NCBI RefSeq assembly: GCF_963921235.1
Contig: NC_086097.1
Span: forward strand, 142,416,001-142,480,000
DNA from: Mobula hypostoma
Lineage: Eukaryota
Reading direction: 5' to 3'
DNA length: 64,000 nt
Both the position numbers and the translations under genes were made by a program. The notes below the pieces were generated by a model. It was not told where the DNA came from. It did no database searches and was given only the letters and a program-made list of their open reading frames with translations. Shown in pieces: positions 13,394 through 26,410 of this stretch. How positions within the stretch are numbered: position 1 is the stretch's first letter; every line of letters starts with the position of its first letter.

Positions 13394-14726
13394 CCAGTGC
13401 TTGGCTCACTCCCTTAAAGGCTTTGCTAATCTATGGTCAACAATCTGCTTCATTAACTGTTTTTCCATAGATGCTGCCTGACGTGTTGAACTAACACTTT
13501 TGGCTTTTATTTCACATTTCCAGTATCTGAAGTTTTTTTTTTGCTTTTTGTACAATGTTTAGTGATTTGTGCATTTTTACTTCAAAATGCTTCTCTCCTC
13601 TGCTATCTAGATCCAGATCTTCCAAGTAACAAAGTGTAATTAGATTTTGAAAAGACTTTGAATAGCCACTTAAAATTTTACTCAACGCAATAAATGCTGG
13701 TTGTATTAAGACCAATATATTAGCTGAGAGAAAGGTTTAAGTGGGTTATTTCCATATTGGCAAACTGCGACTTACTCCTGTTTCTATTTCTTGTGTTCTT
13801 ATGACCACAAATGCTTCTGTTTCAGAGCCAAGAGTGCTACTGTTTACAGCATTTCTATTGAATTTTAAATGATATCACGTAGCATTGATTTTACTGCACA
13901 GGATTTAACAAATTGTAGGATGTGCAACTGGTATTAATTTACCAGTTTCAACCATTAATCACCATAAAAAGCAGCATAATTTTAAAGTGCTATCTGGATA
14001 TTTTGTCCTAGATTATTGAGTAAGATGTATTTAACATATTAAAATTTGACCCTGTCATTTAGATGCCCACATATTTTTCCAGTGTCTTGATCACTAAAGC
14101 AGTAAATTTCTTTCCCAACCACGAGATAAAATGACTACAATGCTGCTGGTGATCTTTTGTAAGCTTTGTGGAAACATGTTGAGACTTTCCTTATTTATTC
14201 AGTTAGATACATTAGATTAAAGAAGGAAATGCATTTATAGTTTTCCCCCCCCCATCTGCATGACATCAAAATAGTTTACAGTCAATCAAGTGCTCCTTAA
14301 TTTAGTGAATGTTGTAACGTGGGGATACTTGGCAGTTAGGGTACCTATACCTTCTAAAAGTTCCAAAAATGGCAGTGACAAGGGCATTTGGAGTGGCACA
14401 TTAAACAAGCTTCATGTTATAGGCATGCATGTCCTCTGTGTGGTTTATTGGTGGAGCCTATGCCCTTCATGGTCCCTTCCTGTGCTTGCTTCAGACAATG
14501 AGAAAATGAATCTATCCAACTAGCCAGAGAGCAAACAGGAAAAGAAATATGATTTCCTCTCCAAATGGAATTGAATTTGTGAGAGTACATTAGAAAAACA
14601 AAGAGTAAAATTCACATTAAAAGTAAGCCAATGAATAACTGACTGTAGGTGCAAGCTTAGATCTTCAGTGTGTGAATCCGTAATGGTGTAAATAAACCTT
14701 TCCAGAGAGTGCAAAAAAAGAAATAT

Positions 14727-17700
14727 ATAGACCATAAGACAAAGGAGCTGAAGTCGGCCATTCGGCCATCGAGTCTGCTCCGCCATTGTATCATGAGCTG
14801 ATCCATTCTCCCATTTAGTCCCACCCCCTCGCCTTCTCACCATAACCTTTGATGCCCTGGCTACTCAGATACCTATCAATCTCTGCCTTAAATACACACC
14901 CAATGACTTGGCCTCCACTGCCGCCCGTGGCAACAAATTCCATAGATTCACCACCCTCTGACTAAAAAAATTTCTTCACATTTCTGTTCTGAATGGGCGC
15001 CCTTCAATCCTTAAGTCACGCCCTCTCGTACTAGACTCCCCCATCATGGGAAACAACTTTGCCACATCCACGCTGGCTATGCCTTTCAACATTCGAAATG
15101 TTTCTATGTGGTCTCCCCTCATTCTTCTAAACTCCGAGGAATACAGTCCAAGAGCGGACAAACGTTCCTCATCTGTTAACCCTCTCATTCCTGGAATCAT
15201 TCTAGTGAATCTTCTCTGTACCCTCTCCAACGTCAGCACATCCTTTCTTAAATAAGGAGACCAAAACTGCCCACAGTACTCCAAGTGAGGTCTCACCAGC
15301 GCCTTATAGAGCCTCTACATCACATCCCTGCTCCTATACTCTGTTCCTCTAGAAATGAATGCCAACATTGCATTCACCTTCTTCACTACTGACTCAACCT
15401 GGAGGTTAACCTTAAGGGTATCCTGCATGAGGACTCCCAAGTCCTGTTGCATCTCAGAACTTTGAATTCTCTCCCTATTTATATAATAGTCTGCCCATTT
15501 TTTTCTTCTACCAAAGTGCATAACCATACACTTTCCAACATTGTATTTCATTTACCACTTCGTTGCCCATTCTTCCAATCTATTCAAGTCTCTCTGCAGA
15601 CTCTGTTTCCTCGGCACTACTGGCCCCTCCACCTATCTTCGTATCATCAGCAAACTTAACCACAAAGCCATCTATTCCATAATCCAAATCGTTGATGTAC
15701 AACGTAAAAAGCAGCAGCCCCAACACGGACCCCTGTGGAACACCACTGGTAATCGGCAGCCAACCAGAATAAGATCCCTTTATTCCCACTCTCTGCTTCC
15801 CGCCAATCAGTCAACGCCCTATCCACGTATGTAACTTTCCTGTAATTCCATAGGCTCTTATCTTGTTAAGCAGCCTCATGTGTGGCACCTTGTCAAAGGC
15901 CTTCTGAAAATCCAAATATACAACATCCACTGCATTTCCATTGTTTAGCCTACTTGTAGTTTCCTCAAAAAATTGTAATAGGTTTGTCAGGCAGGATTTT
16001 CCTTTAAGGAAACCATGCTGAGTTCTGCCTATCTTGTCATATGCCTCCAGGTACTCCGTAACCTCATCCTTGACAATCGACTCCAACAACTTCCCAACCA
16101 CCGATGTCAAGTTAACAGGTCTATAATTTCCTTTTTGCTTCCTTGCCCCCTTAAATAGCAAAGTCCAATCTTCCAGTCCTCCAGAACCATGCCAGAATCT
16201 ATCAGCTTTTGAAAGATCATCGCTAATGCCTCCACAATCTCCACAGCTACTTCCTTCAGAACACGAGGGTGCATTCCATCTGGTCTGGGAGATTTATCTA
16301 CCTTTAGACTATTCAGCTTCCTGAGTACTTTCTCTGTCGTAATTGTGACTGCACACACTTCTCTTCCCTGCCACCCTTGAGTGTCTGGTATACTGTTATC
16401 TTCCTCAGTGAAGACTGATGCAAAATACTCATTCAGTTCCTCTGCCATCTCCTTATCTCCCATTACAATTTCTCCAGCATCATTTTCTATCGGTCCTGTA
16501 TCTACTCTCACCTGTCCTTTACTCTTCATATACTTGAAAAAGCTTTTAGTATCCTCTTTGATATTATTTGCTAGCTTCCTTTCATAGTTAATCTTTTCCC
16601 TCTTAATGACCTTCTTAGTTTCCTTTTGTAAGGTTTTAAAAACTTCCCAATCCTCTGTCTTCCCACTAATTTTTGCTTCCTTCTATGCCCTCTCCTTTGC
16701 TTTAACTTTGGCTTTCACTTCTCTTGTCAGCCATGGTTGCATCCTTTTTCCATTCGAAAATTTCTTCTTTTTTGGAATATACCTGTCTTGTACCTTCCTC
16801 ACTTCTCGCATAAACTCCAGCCACTGCTGCTCTGCCGTCCTTCCTACCAGTGTTCCTTTCCAGTCAACTTTGGCCAGTTCCTCTCTCATGCCACTGTAAT
16901 TTCCTTTACTCCACTGAAATACCGACACATCGGATTTTGGCTTCTCTTTTTCAAATTTCACAGTGAACTCAATCATGTTACGATCACTGTCTCCCAAGGG
17001 TTCCTTCACCTCAATCTCTCTAATCACCTCTAGTTCATTACACAATACCCAATCCAGTACAGCCAATCCCCTAGTGGGCTCAACAACAAGCTGTTCTAAA
17101 AAGCCATCTCGCAGACATTCTACAAATTCTCTCTCGAGATCCAGTGTCGACCTGATTTTCCCAATCCACTCACATGTTAAAATCCCCTACAATTATCATA
17201 ACACTGCCCTTCTGACAAGCCTTTTCCATTTCCTGTTGTAATTTGTAGTCCACATCACTGCAGCTGTTTGGAAGCCTATATATAACTGCCATCAGGGTCC
17301 TTTTACCCCTGCGATTTCTTAGCTCAACCCATAAAGATTCTGCACCTTCTGATCCCATGTCACCTCTTTCTAATGATTTGATATCACTTATCAATAAAGC
17401 CACGCCACCCCCTCTGCCTACCTTCCTATCCTTCTGATACACTGTGTATCCTTGGACATTCAGCTCCCAGAGATATGCATCCTTTAGCCATATCTGTGAT
17501 GGCCACAATATCATACCTGCCAATCTGTAGCTGTACAACAAGATCATCCACCTTATTCCTTATGCTGCGCGCATTTAAGTATAACACCTTAAGACCAGTA
17601 TTTGGTACTTTTCGCTTTGATTGCACTGCAACTCATCCCAATGGCTACAAATTTGCCCCATCACCTGTCTGTCTTTCCTGACATCTTTACTGCTCACTAT

Positions 17701-17967
17701 CTTAGATTTATTTCTGTTTTCCCCTTCCTCCCCGCTATCATTCTGGTTCCAATCCCCCCTGCCAAATTAGTTTAAACCCTCCCATAGCTCTATTAAGCCT
17801 TCCACCAGGATATTGGTCCCCTTCAGGTTCAGATGTAACCTGTCCATTTTGAACAGATCATACCCAGAAGAGATCCCAATGATCCAAGAATCTGAAGCCC
17901 TGTCCCCCGCTCCAGTCTCTCAGCCACGCATTCATCTGCCTGATCCTACTATTCTTGCCCTCACTAG
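14727..17967 (-). mobile_element. CR1 LINE, 5'-truncated in ORF1, ORF2 frameshifted
   Basis: APE (YLNARSIRNK, IIVGDFN), RT (YLDFQKAFDKVPH, GVPQGSVLG, KFADDTK), C-terminus (RPHLEYCGQFWSP); end of ORF1 (QMNAWLRDW) at about 17910-17940. Confidence 0.93.
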
Positions 17968-18104
17968 AACGATTAAGGAAAATTTTAAGGAAAAATTGAA
18001 TGGCATTTGAAAGAATTATGAAGGGTCAAATCATCCCTTACCTCTATGATCTCAGGAGAGATGTTAGGGAAGCTATAAATCAGTATAACACAGTAATTCC
18101 TTTA

Positions 18105-18305
18105 ATAATTTGAAAGGGTAAATTTATTTTACAGAAAAACAATTACACTTTCGGGAAATACAAGGAAATTCTTGGTGTTATTTGGATGAAGGCTTCAGTT
18201 CACAGGACGTTTCACAGATACAAATATTCAATGGAATTTTAGGGTTGCTGAGATCATTAAGAGCTGTAATGATGAATGTCTTGTCGGTCGAAAGAGAGGG
18301 CAAGG
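18105..18305 (-). other. Candidate non-coding last exon (3' UTR) of the MYL3-like gene
   Basis: Pyrimidine-rich acceptor TTTTGTTTCTTTCCCCCCAAGACTTCTCCAG ending at 18306 (alternative AG at 18338) and AATAAA on the minus strand at 18128-18123. Boundaries are inferred. Confidence 0.4.
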
Positions 18306-18429
18306 CTGGAGAAGTCTTGGGGGGAAAGAAACAAAAGCTGGAGTTACAGAGCAATAAAGTAAATAGGCAAGAAAAACATACACGAGTACTTCTAGGTTAC
18401 TTTATCTCATCAAGAATACTGGTGAGACA

Positions 18430-18900
18430 AAATAATCCCTTCTCACAACCTATCTTGTTCAAAACAAACCAATGCACTACTTGTCTCCTAATTTCGTAGT
18501 AGAGGATTGGGAACTATATCTTGCAGTCATACACTGGGCCAGAGAGTATTGGCTTCTAACAACCATAATCAACTTTCTTTGTGCATGGTACGAATCCAAC
18601 CAGTGGGTAGTGCTTCCTTTAATTCCCATAGACTTTAATTTTGCTAAGGTTGCACATTGCCATTTAGTCAAATATTGCCTTGCTATCATGTGTTAGGCAA
18701 TACTCACCTTATCTCTAGAATTCAGCTCTTTTGCCCATTTTTAGACCAAGGTTTCAATAAGATCTGGACCTGAGTGATCCTGGTTAAACTCAAACTGAAC
18801 ACTGCTGGGCAAAATCTTGGGAGTTAAATGCCATTTGATAAGTACCTTGTCAAGGGCATTTTCAATTACTTTGCTACTGATTGATAGTTAATCAATAGAG
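18430..18900 (-). mobile_element. Old CR1-like RT fragment
   Basis: Degenerate LAKLKSMGIKGSTTHWLDSYHAQRKLIMVV. Confidence 0.55.
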
Positions 18901-19360
18901 CACCTGTATCTCATCTAACTGCATTTAAAAAAATACTAAAAATATTGACCACATTATTGGTTAGATATCAATTTTGTACCTGTGTTGGTACTGTTTGATT
19001 AGAGCAGTTAACTAGTTATGGTACATCTTCAGCTTAACAGTCAAGACTTCTCTAGTTCCATTTTTCTTACTGTTTTTAGTTCTCTCTGCCATTCTCCTGC
19101 TATAATCTATTTCCTGAAGACTGGCTTTTTTGAGGAATCAATATGGTCCATCCACCCAGCCCAACTACTTCTTGCAGCAGTGGCTTCTTTAGAGTTGTTA
19201 GAAGCAATCAACTCCTATCAGGTCATGGAGAAATCCATCAAGATACCAGGCCTTAACAATACGGAATGCCAATTAGATTAACAAACAATGTCAATGGAAA
19301 ACATTTTATAATAAGCCAGTCTTCTCACCAAAGAAAATGCTGTTTTGCAGCTCCCAGTTT

Positions 19361-19389
19361 TCAGCCAGCCATGATGTGTTTTACAAAGG
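19361..19389 (-). CDS. MYL3: MYL3-like coding exon 6 (stop)
   Basis: tcttttcatag|CCTTTGTAAAACACATCATGGCTGGCTGA = (A)FVKHIMAG*. The exon probably continues as UTR to 19329, followed by donor GTGAGA. Confidence 0.92.
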
Positions 19390-19719
19390 CTATGAAAAGA
19401 AAACCACAAAGAAAGATTCATTTGAAAATGTTAAATATGGAAGAGTTCAGATAACAGCATTCATTAACTAGTCATTATCTAATTTATCCCCACCGTTATT
19501 CATTTTGATGAAGTGTTGCAATTAAGCTGTGGATTTTAAATCACTGGCAAGGCATTGGATTTATTAGACGGTAAAATCGGCGGGGTCGAGGGGAGTGTGG
19601 GCTGCTGCTGGAAGCTGGCTGTGTTTTGCTTGATGCGTGAGTGTGTTTTGGAACCTGTTGAGGGAAAGAGAGTGGGGAAGGAACGGAAATTGCTGGGAGG
19701 GGGTCGTGTGGGTCCGGTA

Positions 19720-20952
19720 ATGGCGGACAAGATAAGAGGCGGGGTTGAGGGAAAGAAAGTGGAGAAGGAGAGGGATAGAGACTTGGGACCAGAGGTAGGC
19801 AGCTGGGGAGAGGTGGATTATTGTGAAGGGAGAAATAAAGGGAATGAGGAGGTAGTGAGGGGTCGGATGAATAAAAACCAAGACAAAGGGAATAAAAGAA
19901 TAAGAAATGATAGTGGAGAAAGCTCTGAAAGTGAGGAAGATGAACAAGCTCAGAGAGGAGGAGTTGTCATAATTAGGTTTAATGAGAAGGCTCAGGGACA
20001 TATGAAGAAAATTAACCCGTTTGTGCTAACAACAACTCTTACAAATAAGATAGGGGAAATAGTATTTGCAAAAGTCCTGAATGATGGCAACTTATTGGTA
20101 AGATGTGCGAATGAGGAACAACTTGAGAAAGCACTCAAGCTAAAAGAGATAGGAAAATGCAAGGTGGAATACACTGGGAGGGTGGGAGCACAAAACAGTG
20201 GTTGTAAAGGAGTGATCACGGGGATACCAATGAGTATAAATATGGAGGAGATAAAGAGGAATATCAAAGGAGGGAAAGTAATGAATGTTCAAAGACTGAA
20301 AACAACAAAGGAGGGAGTGAAAAAGGAAAGTGAATCAGTATTGATTGAATTTGAAGAAGAAAGAGTGCCAAGGAAGGTGTTCCTGGGTTTCATGAGTTAC
20401 CCAGTAAGGGTGTATGTGCCAAAGCCATTGAGGTGCTATAATTGTCAAAGGTTTGGACACGTGGCTAAAAACTGTAAAAGGCAGAGGAGATGTGCTAGAT
20501 GTGGGGGTGATCATGAATATGGAAAGTGCGGAACAGGAGTTCAACCAAAATGCTGCAATTGTGGAGGAGCTCATAATGTTGCATATAGTGGGTGTGAGGT
20601 TGTGAGATGGGAGACTAAAATTCAAGAAATAAGAGTGAAAAGAAAGATCACTTATTCAGAAGTTGTAAGAATGTCAAGAGAACAGAATAATGCTCCTAAT
20701 GAACAGGGAGCAATAGGGATACGAGAGATGCAACAAAGAACAAATGACAGGATTTATGTAGACAAAAAGGCTCTAGTAACATTCATTGAAGGAGTGATTA
20801 ATAGTACTGCTGAGGTAAAGTCAAAAAGTGACAAAATTCAGCTGGTGGTAAAAGCAGCAGTAAACCATTTAGGGTTAGTAGGACTGACATGGGAGGAACT
20901 GAGAGAGAACCTCAGTAATCAGTCAAGCCAGGAAGTGTCATGTGTTGGTTAA
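19720..20952 (+). CDS. LINE ORF1p (gag-like, three CCHC zinc knuckles), intact frame
   Basis: Likely ATG at 19720 (MADKIRGG); CYNCQRFGHVAKNC, CARCGGDHEYGKC, CCNCGGAHNVAYSGC. Confidence 0.85.
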   Translation: MADKIRGGVEGKKVEKERDRDLGPEVGSWGEVDYCEGRNKGNEEVVRGRMNKNQDKGNKRIRNDSGESSESEEDEQAQRGGVVIIRFNEKAQGHMKKINPFVLTTTLTNKIGEIVFAKVLNDGNLLVRCANEEQLEKALKLKEIGKCKVEYTGRVGAQNSGCKGVITGIPMSINMEEIKRNIKGGKVMNVQRLKTTKEGVKKESESVLIEFEEERVPRKVFLGFMSYPVRVYVPKPLRCYNCQRFGHVAKNCKRQRRCARCGGDHEYGKCGTGVQPKCCNCGGAHNVAYSGCEVVRWETKIQEIRVKRKITYSEVVRMSREQNNAPNEQGAIGIREMQQRTNDRIYVDKKALVTFIEGVINSTAEVKSKSDKIQLVVKAAVNHLGLVGLTWEELRENLSNQSSQEVSCVG

Positions 20953-23900
20953 TACTAATTATGGTGATTCTTTTACAATGGAATGCAAGGAGCTTACTGG
21001 CCAATAGCCAGGAATTCAAGCACTTTATTAAAGAAATGGTTGTAAAACTGAATGTAGTGTGTATTCAGGAAACTTGGTTGAAACCAACTTTAGACTTTGT
21101 GGTATATGGGTATACAATGATAAGGAAAGATAGAAATCTAGGGGGAGGAGGAGGTTGTGCTATGTTAATCAAGCAAGGTATACCATATAGGGTACTGGAG
21201 AAAGGAGACGACCAGGAATACATAGTGGTGGAAGTGTGGGAGAGAGGGGAGGGAGTGGTTATAATTAACTACTACAATCCATGTAAAAGGTTGGATTTGG
21301 ACAGCCTATTAAAGATACAAGGACAAAACAGACATAAAGTAGTGTGGTGTGCAGATTTCAATGCTCATAGCACAATATGGGGGGATCAGATTACAGATCC
21401 AAATGGAAAGGTAATTGAAGATTTGATGGAAGAAAGGGATTTGGTGTGTATGAATGATGGTAGCGGCACAAGGATAGATATAACAACAGGAACTGAGTCA
21501 GTGTTAGATATTACGTTAGTGTCTAATACCTTGGCTGGCATTAGTAACTGGGGAGTTTGGACTGCTTCAACAGTAGGCAGTGATCACTACCCAGTTTTGT
21601 GTTCAGTGGGTGAAAGAGTTGAAGTAAGACCAGGTGGTGGAACCCCAAAGTGGGTGTTTGAAAAAGCTGATTGGGGTAAGTTCCAGAAGTTGAGTGAAGA
21701 AGGGTTGACAAAGATTGATATTTCTGGAAATGTAGATGAATTAAACAGTCAGGTGACTTCAGCAATTATCATGGCAGCAGAAGGATCTATACCTAGGAGT
21801 AAAAATAGGATGAATAGAAAACTGGTACCATGGTGGACAGAGGAATGTTGTCAGGCTGTAAAAAACAGAAATAGAGCATTCAGGCTAGTTAAAAGAACCC
21901 ATAATATGCAGCATTTGGTTCAATATAAGAAAGCACAGGCAGTGGTGAGAAGAACTATACGTCAAGCTAAAAGGGCAAGTTGGAGGAGTTTTTGCGACTA
22001 GGTAGGAAGAACAACACCTGTGGGAGAGATATGGGGAATGATTAAGAGGATGGGAGGAGATAGAAGGGAATGGGAATATCCAGTAATGATATCTGAGGAG
22101 GAAACTGCAGTCTCCAGTAGGGATAAGGCTGAGGTCATGGCCAAGTCATTTGTACTGATACACAGTTCAGAAAATTTGTCTGAAGAAGAAGGGAAAGAAT
22201 AATGAGCCAACACCCAGGTGTGTTAAGCAGGAGGGAAGGAACAGATGATATAATTGATGATCCATTTACATTAGCAGAAATGGTGAGAGCAATAAAGAGA
22301 TCGAAACCAACCTCCCCAGGGAAAGATCTGATATGCTCTGTGATGCTAAAAAATCTAGGAGAAGGAGCGCTCTTGAAGTTGCTGCATTTTTATAACAGAG
22401 TGTGGGAGGAGGGAAGATTACCAAGTGCATGGAAAGAAGCAGTAGTAATTCCAATAAGGAAGCCTGGCAAGGATCTGTCAAAACCCACTAGCTACAGACC
22501 AATTGCATTAACATCAAGTATATGTAAGATAATGGAAAGGATGATAACAGAAAGGTTATCATATGAGCTTGAGAAAAGGGGAATGCTGGCAAGTTATCAG
22601 AGTGGTTTTAGAAAGGGAAGGAATTCCATGGACTCAGTGATTATGTTAGAGACTGAAATAGGGAAGCCCAGGCAAATAGAGAGTCAGTAGTGGCAGTGTT
22701 CTTTGACATTGAAAAAGCCTATGATATGATGTGGAAGGAAGGATTATTAATTAAACTGCACAAGATGGGGGTTGGTGGGAGAGTTTTTAATTGGATTAAA
22801 GATTTTTTGTTTGGTAGAAAAATTCAAGTTCGGATTGGATCAGAATTATCAAAACAGTACATAGTGGAAAATGGCACACCTCAAGGTAGTGTGATTAGCC
22901 CATTACTTTTCATGATTATGATCAATGATGTCTTCACAAAGGTACCAGTGGATATAGGTAGGTCACTGTTTGCGGATGATGGGGCCTTGTGGAAAAGAGG
23001 CAGGAACATGGACTATATAATCAGGAAACTACAAGAAGCAATTGATGAAGTGGTGGAGTAGGGTTATGATTGGGGATGTAGATTTTCAGTAGATAAAACT
23101 CAAACTGTATTTTTTACCAGGAAAAGGGTTGAGGTAGGGAAGAAGTTAAGGATGTATGGGGTTGAATTAGAAAGGGTTGCATCATTTAAATTTCTGGGAG
23201 TTATATTTGATTCACGATTAACATGGGCAGACCATATCAGGAAAGTTGAGGAGAAATGTAAAAAAGTAATAAATGTGATGAGATGTTTGACTGGTAGGGA
23301 ATGGGGAGCAAGTTGTTCAGCTTTGAAGAGAATGTATGTGGCTTTAGTAAGATCTGTATTGGATTATGGAAATATAGTATATGGATCAGCAGCTAGGTCT
23401 CTTATAAGGAAACTGGATGTGATTCAGGCTCAGGCCTTGAGAGTGTGCAGTGGGGCTTTTAAAACGTCACCAGTGTCAGCCCTACAGGTAGAAATGGGAA
23501 TAATGCCTTTGGAACTAAGAAGGATGCAACTGATGGCAAACTACTGGGCTAACTTGCAGGGGCACAATGATTCTCACCCTACTAAAGGAGTGTTGCAGGA
23601 GTGCTGGGAAAATGGGAGGTTTCAGAGGGATACCTTTAGTCGGGTAGGGAATGATATCGCGAAAGAATGTGGAGTGTTTGATCTGAGGATAAGTCCTTCA
23701 GTAGTTTATCCGGTTGTAGCTCCATGGAAGCTTGTATGGCCTGACATAGACTGGCATTTGTTAGAGGTAAAAAGGAAAGAAAGATATAAAACAGATAACT
23801 GTCATGTGCTGGAAAAGTATAGTGATTATGCTCACATTTATACAGATGGTGCGAAGGAACCTGAAACAGGAGTGACAGGGTTTGGGGTGGTAATACCAGC

Positions 23901-24688
23901 AAAAGAAATTGGAATCAGCAGAAGAACATCTAATAAGTTAGGGGTGTTTACAGTGGAGATGCTGGCAGTGTTGGTTGCGTTGCAATGGGTGCAGAAAGCC
24001 AGACCATCCAAAGCATTGATATGTTCAGATTCATCCTCAGTTCTAGCAAGTTTAAGGTCTTTTCACACAAACAGTCGGCAAGATGTACTTTATGAAGTCC
24101 TTCAGTTAGTTACAAGAATTGCAAATCAGGGAGGTCAGGTAAAATTTCTATGGGTTCCAGCACATGTAGGGGTGAAGGGGAATGAGAGGGTGGATGAGTT
24201 GGCAAAGAGGGCGTTAAAGAAAGAAAATGTGGAAATGCACATTAGTATCAGTAAAGCAGAGGTTAAGTGTGTAATCTGGGAAAAAGTCAACCGAATGTGG
24301 CAAGAAAGGTGGGACAGGGAGGGGAAAGGGAGGCATCTATATCAAATACAAAAGAGTGTTGCAGTTACTAGGGTAAGTAATGGAAACAGAAGAGAGGAGA
24401 CTGTGGACTAGGTTAAGGCTGGGACACTGTGCATTAAACAAAACATTGAAAATGATAGGGAAACACCAGACAGGATTGTGTGAGGAATGTCAGGAAGAGG
24501 AGTCAGTAGAACATGTAGTTCTGAGTTGCAGGAAGTATGGGATACAGAGAGAGATGATGAGAATTAAACTAAGGGAATTGGGGATGCAGGAATTCACATT
24601 AAAAGGGTTGCTGGGCATGGGTGAGAGAGCACAAGTCCGGGTATTTTTAGTGTTTTTAAGGGGTACAGGGGTTTTTTATAGAATATGA
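20940..24688 (+). pseudogene. LINE ORF2 (endonuclease, reverse transcriptase, RNase H), disrupted
   Basis: LQWNARSL, ADFNAH, GSDHYP; FFDIEKAYD, GTPQGSVISP, LFADD; IYTDG, ICSDS, WVPAHVGVKGNERVDELAK; CEEC..EHVVLSC. In-frame TAG at 21999 and 23059; frameshifts near 22190, 22660 and 24400. Confidence 0.92.
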
Positions 24689-24743
24689 CGAATAAACAGG
24701 AATAGGATACTAGGATGGTCAAAGATGGGAGGGTGAAGTGTAG

Positions 24744-24747
<4 letters not shown>

Positions 24748-24778
<31 letters not shown>
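24748..24778. repeat. (TG)n microsatellite in the LINE 3' UTR
   Basis: Direct reading. Confidence 0.95.
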
Positions 24779-24780
<2 letters not shown>

Positions 24781-25699
24781 ATTGGGTGAAGGGATTTAGA
24801 ATGTATGTCTAGTGCACATTCTGGAGCAGAGGGTGGCGGTAATGCACCATTAAGCTGGATGCCAACCGCCGTAAAACAAGATACAGACAGACAGGATTTA
24901 TTAGACATATACTGGTCTCTGGAACAATCCTGATGTCCAATAAAGCTGGCATTGAATTCTGTACAAACCCAAGGAATTAAAGTAATTGTTGGATACTATT
25001 GAACTGAAACCAAAGGAATACTCTGCAGTACTCTGGTCATGGATACAAAAGATTCATAGTGTTGTCCTGTTGACCTTTTAAACAATGTAACTATCAGATT
25101 ATCACATTGAGCAAACTTTCTGTTCATTGTATCAGTGAGGCTTTAAAGCTACTAAGTTTATTTTGAACTGGACTCTAGTTTTATTAGTCAGCTGATACAA
25201 TTTGGCCCAAAATGTGTAATACTGGTGATTAACTATTGCTCTGGGTCAAGAATAACTCAGGATAAGTGTAGTATCCATTAATTCTGTCTCAACCATTATG
25301 AAATAGGACATAATCAATCTGAAAAGACTGATCGTTTTCACACAGTTCATCTCCGACCAGGAATGAATTAATAACTGTTGCCTGGAGAGGTATCTCGTTC
25401 ACCTGGATCTGAGAACATTCAGTTCACAAAGAAGCATTATAGACAGCTGTCAAAAAAAGGCTTACCTCTCATCAAATGCAGATGGATTAAAACACAGGCT
25501 CAGCTTTGTGTCAACTAAACTCCAAACATAAATGAAAGTGGAACATGTCTCTGAAGATTTGTGTGTAGCTATAGTTAGTTTAATACTGCCAATTGAAGGA
25601 AACTGTTACTGTGCTTTAACTCACTGCTCTACTCTCATGATGATATAAGTCAGCACAGCTCAAGTGCCATACATAAATTAACATATGAAACCCTATTGT

Positions 25700-26410
25700 T
25701 GGTAAAATCTCAGGTGGCGATGAGGAGGCGGGCAGGAGTCAGATAGCTTGGCTGGTTGAGTGGTGCCACAACAATATTGCACGCAATGTCAGCGAGACAA
25801 AGGAATTGATTATGAGCTTCAGGAAGTGGAAGTTGGGAGAGAGTTCTCATTAAGGGATCAGTAGTGAGAAGAGTGAGTAGCTTTAAGCTCCTGGGCCCAA
25901 CATACTGATGCAATCACAAAGACATGCATGGCTCTATTTCAACAGAAGTTTGAGGAGATTTGGTATATCACCAAGACTATTGTGAATTTCAATAGAAGTA
26001 TGGTGGAGGGCATTCTGACTTGTTGCATCACAGTCTGGTAAGGAACCTCCAACGCACAGGACTAAAAGAGGCCGCAAGAGCTGCAGACTCAACAAACTCC
26101 ATCATGGGCATTACTCTCCCCACCAGCAAGAACATTTTCAAGAGGTGATGTCTCAAGAAGTGTCATCCATCATTATGGACCCTCACCATTCAGAATATGG
26201 CCTCTTCTTGTGACTACCATCGGGGAGGAAGTACAGGACCCTAAAGATGCATACTAAATGATTTAGGAACAGCTTTTTCCCCTATGCCATCAGGTTTCTG
26301 AATGGTCCTCAACATTACCACATTATTCCTTTTTTTTACACTATTTATTTTGTAATTTATAGTCTTTGCACTGTACTGCTGCCACAAAACACACATCTCA
26401 CATCATGTAA
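25700..26410 (+). mobile_element. Rex1/Babar-type LINE 3' fragment
   Basis: Degenerate RT C-terminus (TKELIMSFR, VSSFKLLG, PSGRKYR, FRNSFFP). Confidence 0.7.

Larger units (their letters stand above)
19570..24893 (+). mobile_element. I-group (Nimb-like) LINE, near full length, in MYL3 intron 5
   Basis: 13-bp TSD GGATTTATTAGAC (19557-19569, 24894-24906); ORF1 plus ORF2 (APE-RT-RNase H-zinc finger); 3' stem GGCGGT...ACCGCC and (ACAG)n tail. Confidence 0.93.

Noticed and set aside
19555..19719. N-terminal part of the 465-aa ORF
   Set aside because: It starts at a TTG overlapping the target-site duplication, outside the element; the ATG at 19720 is more plausible.
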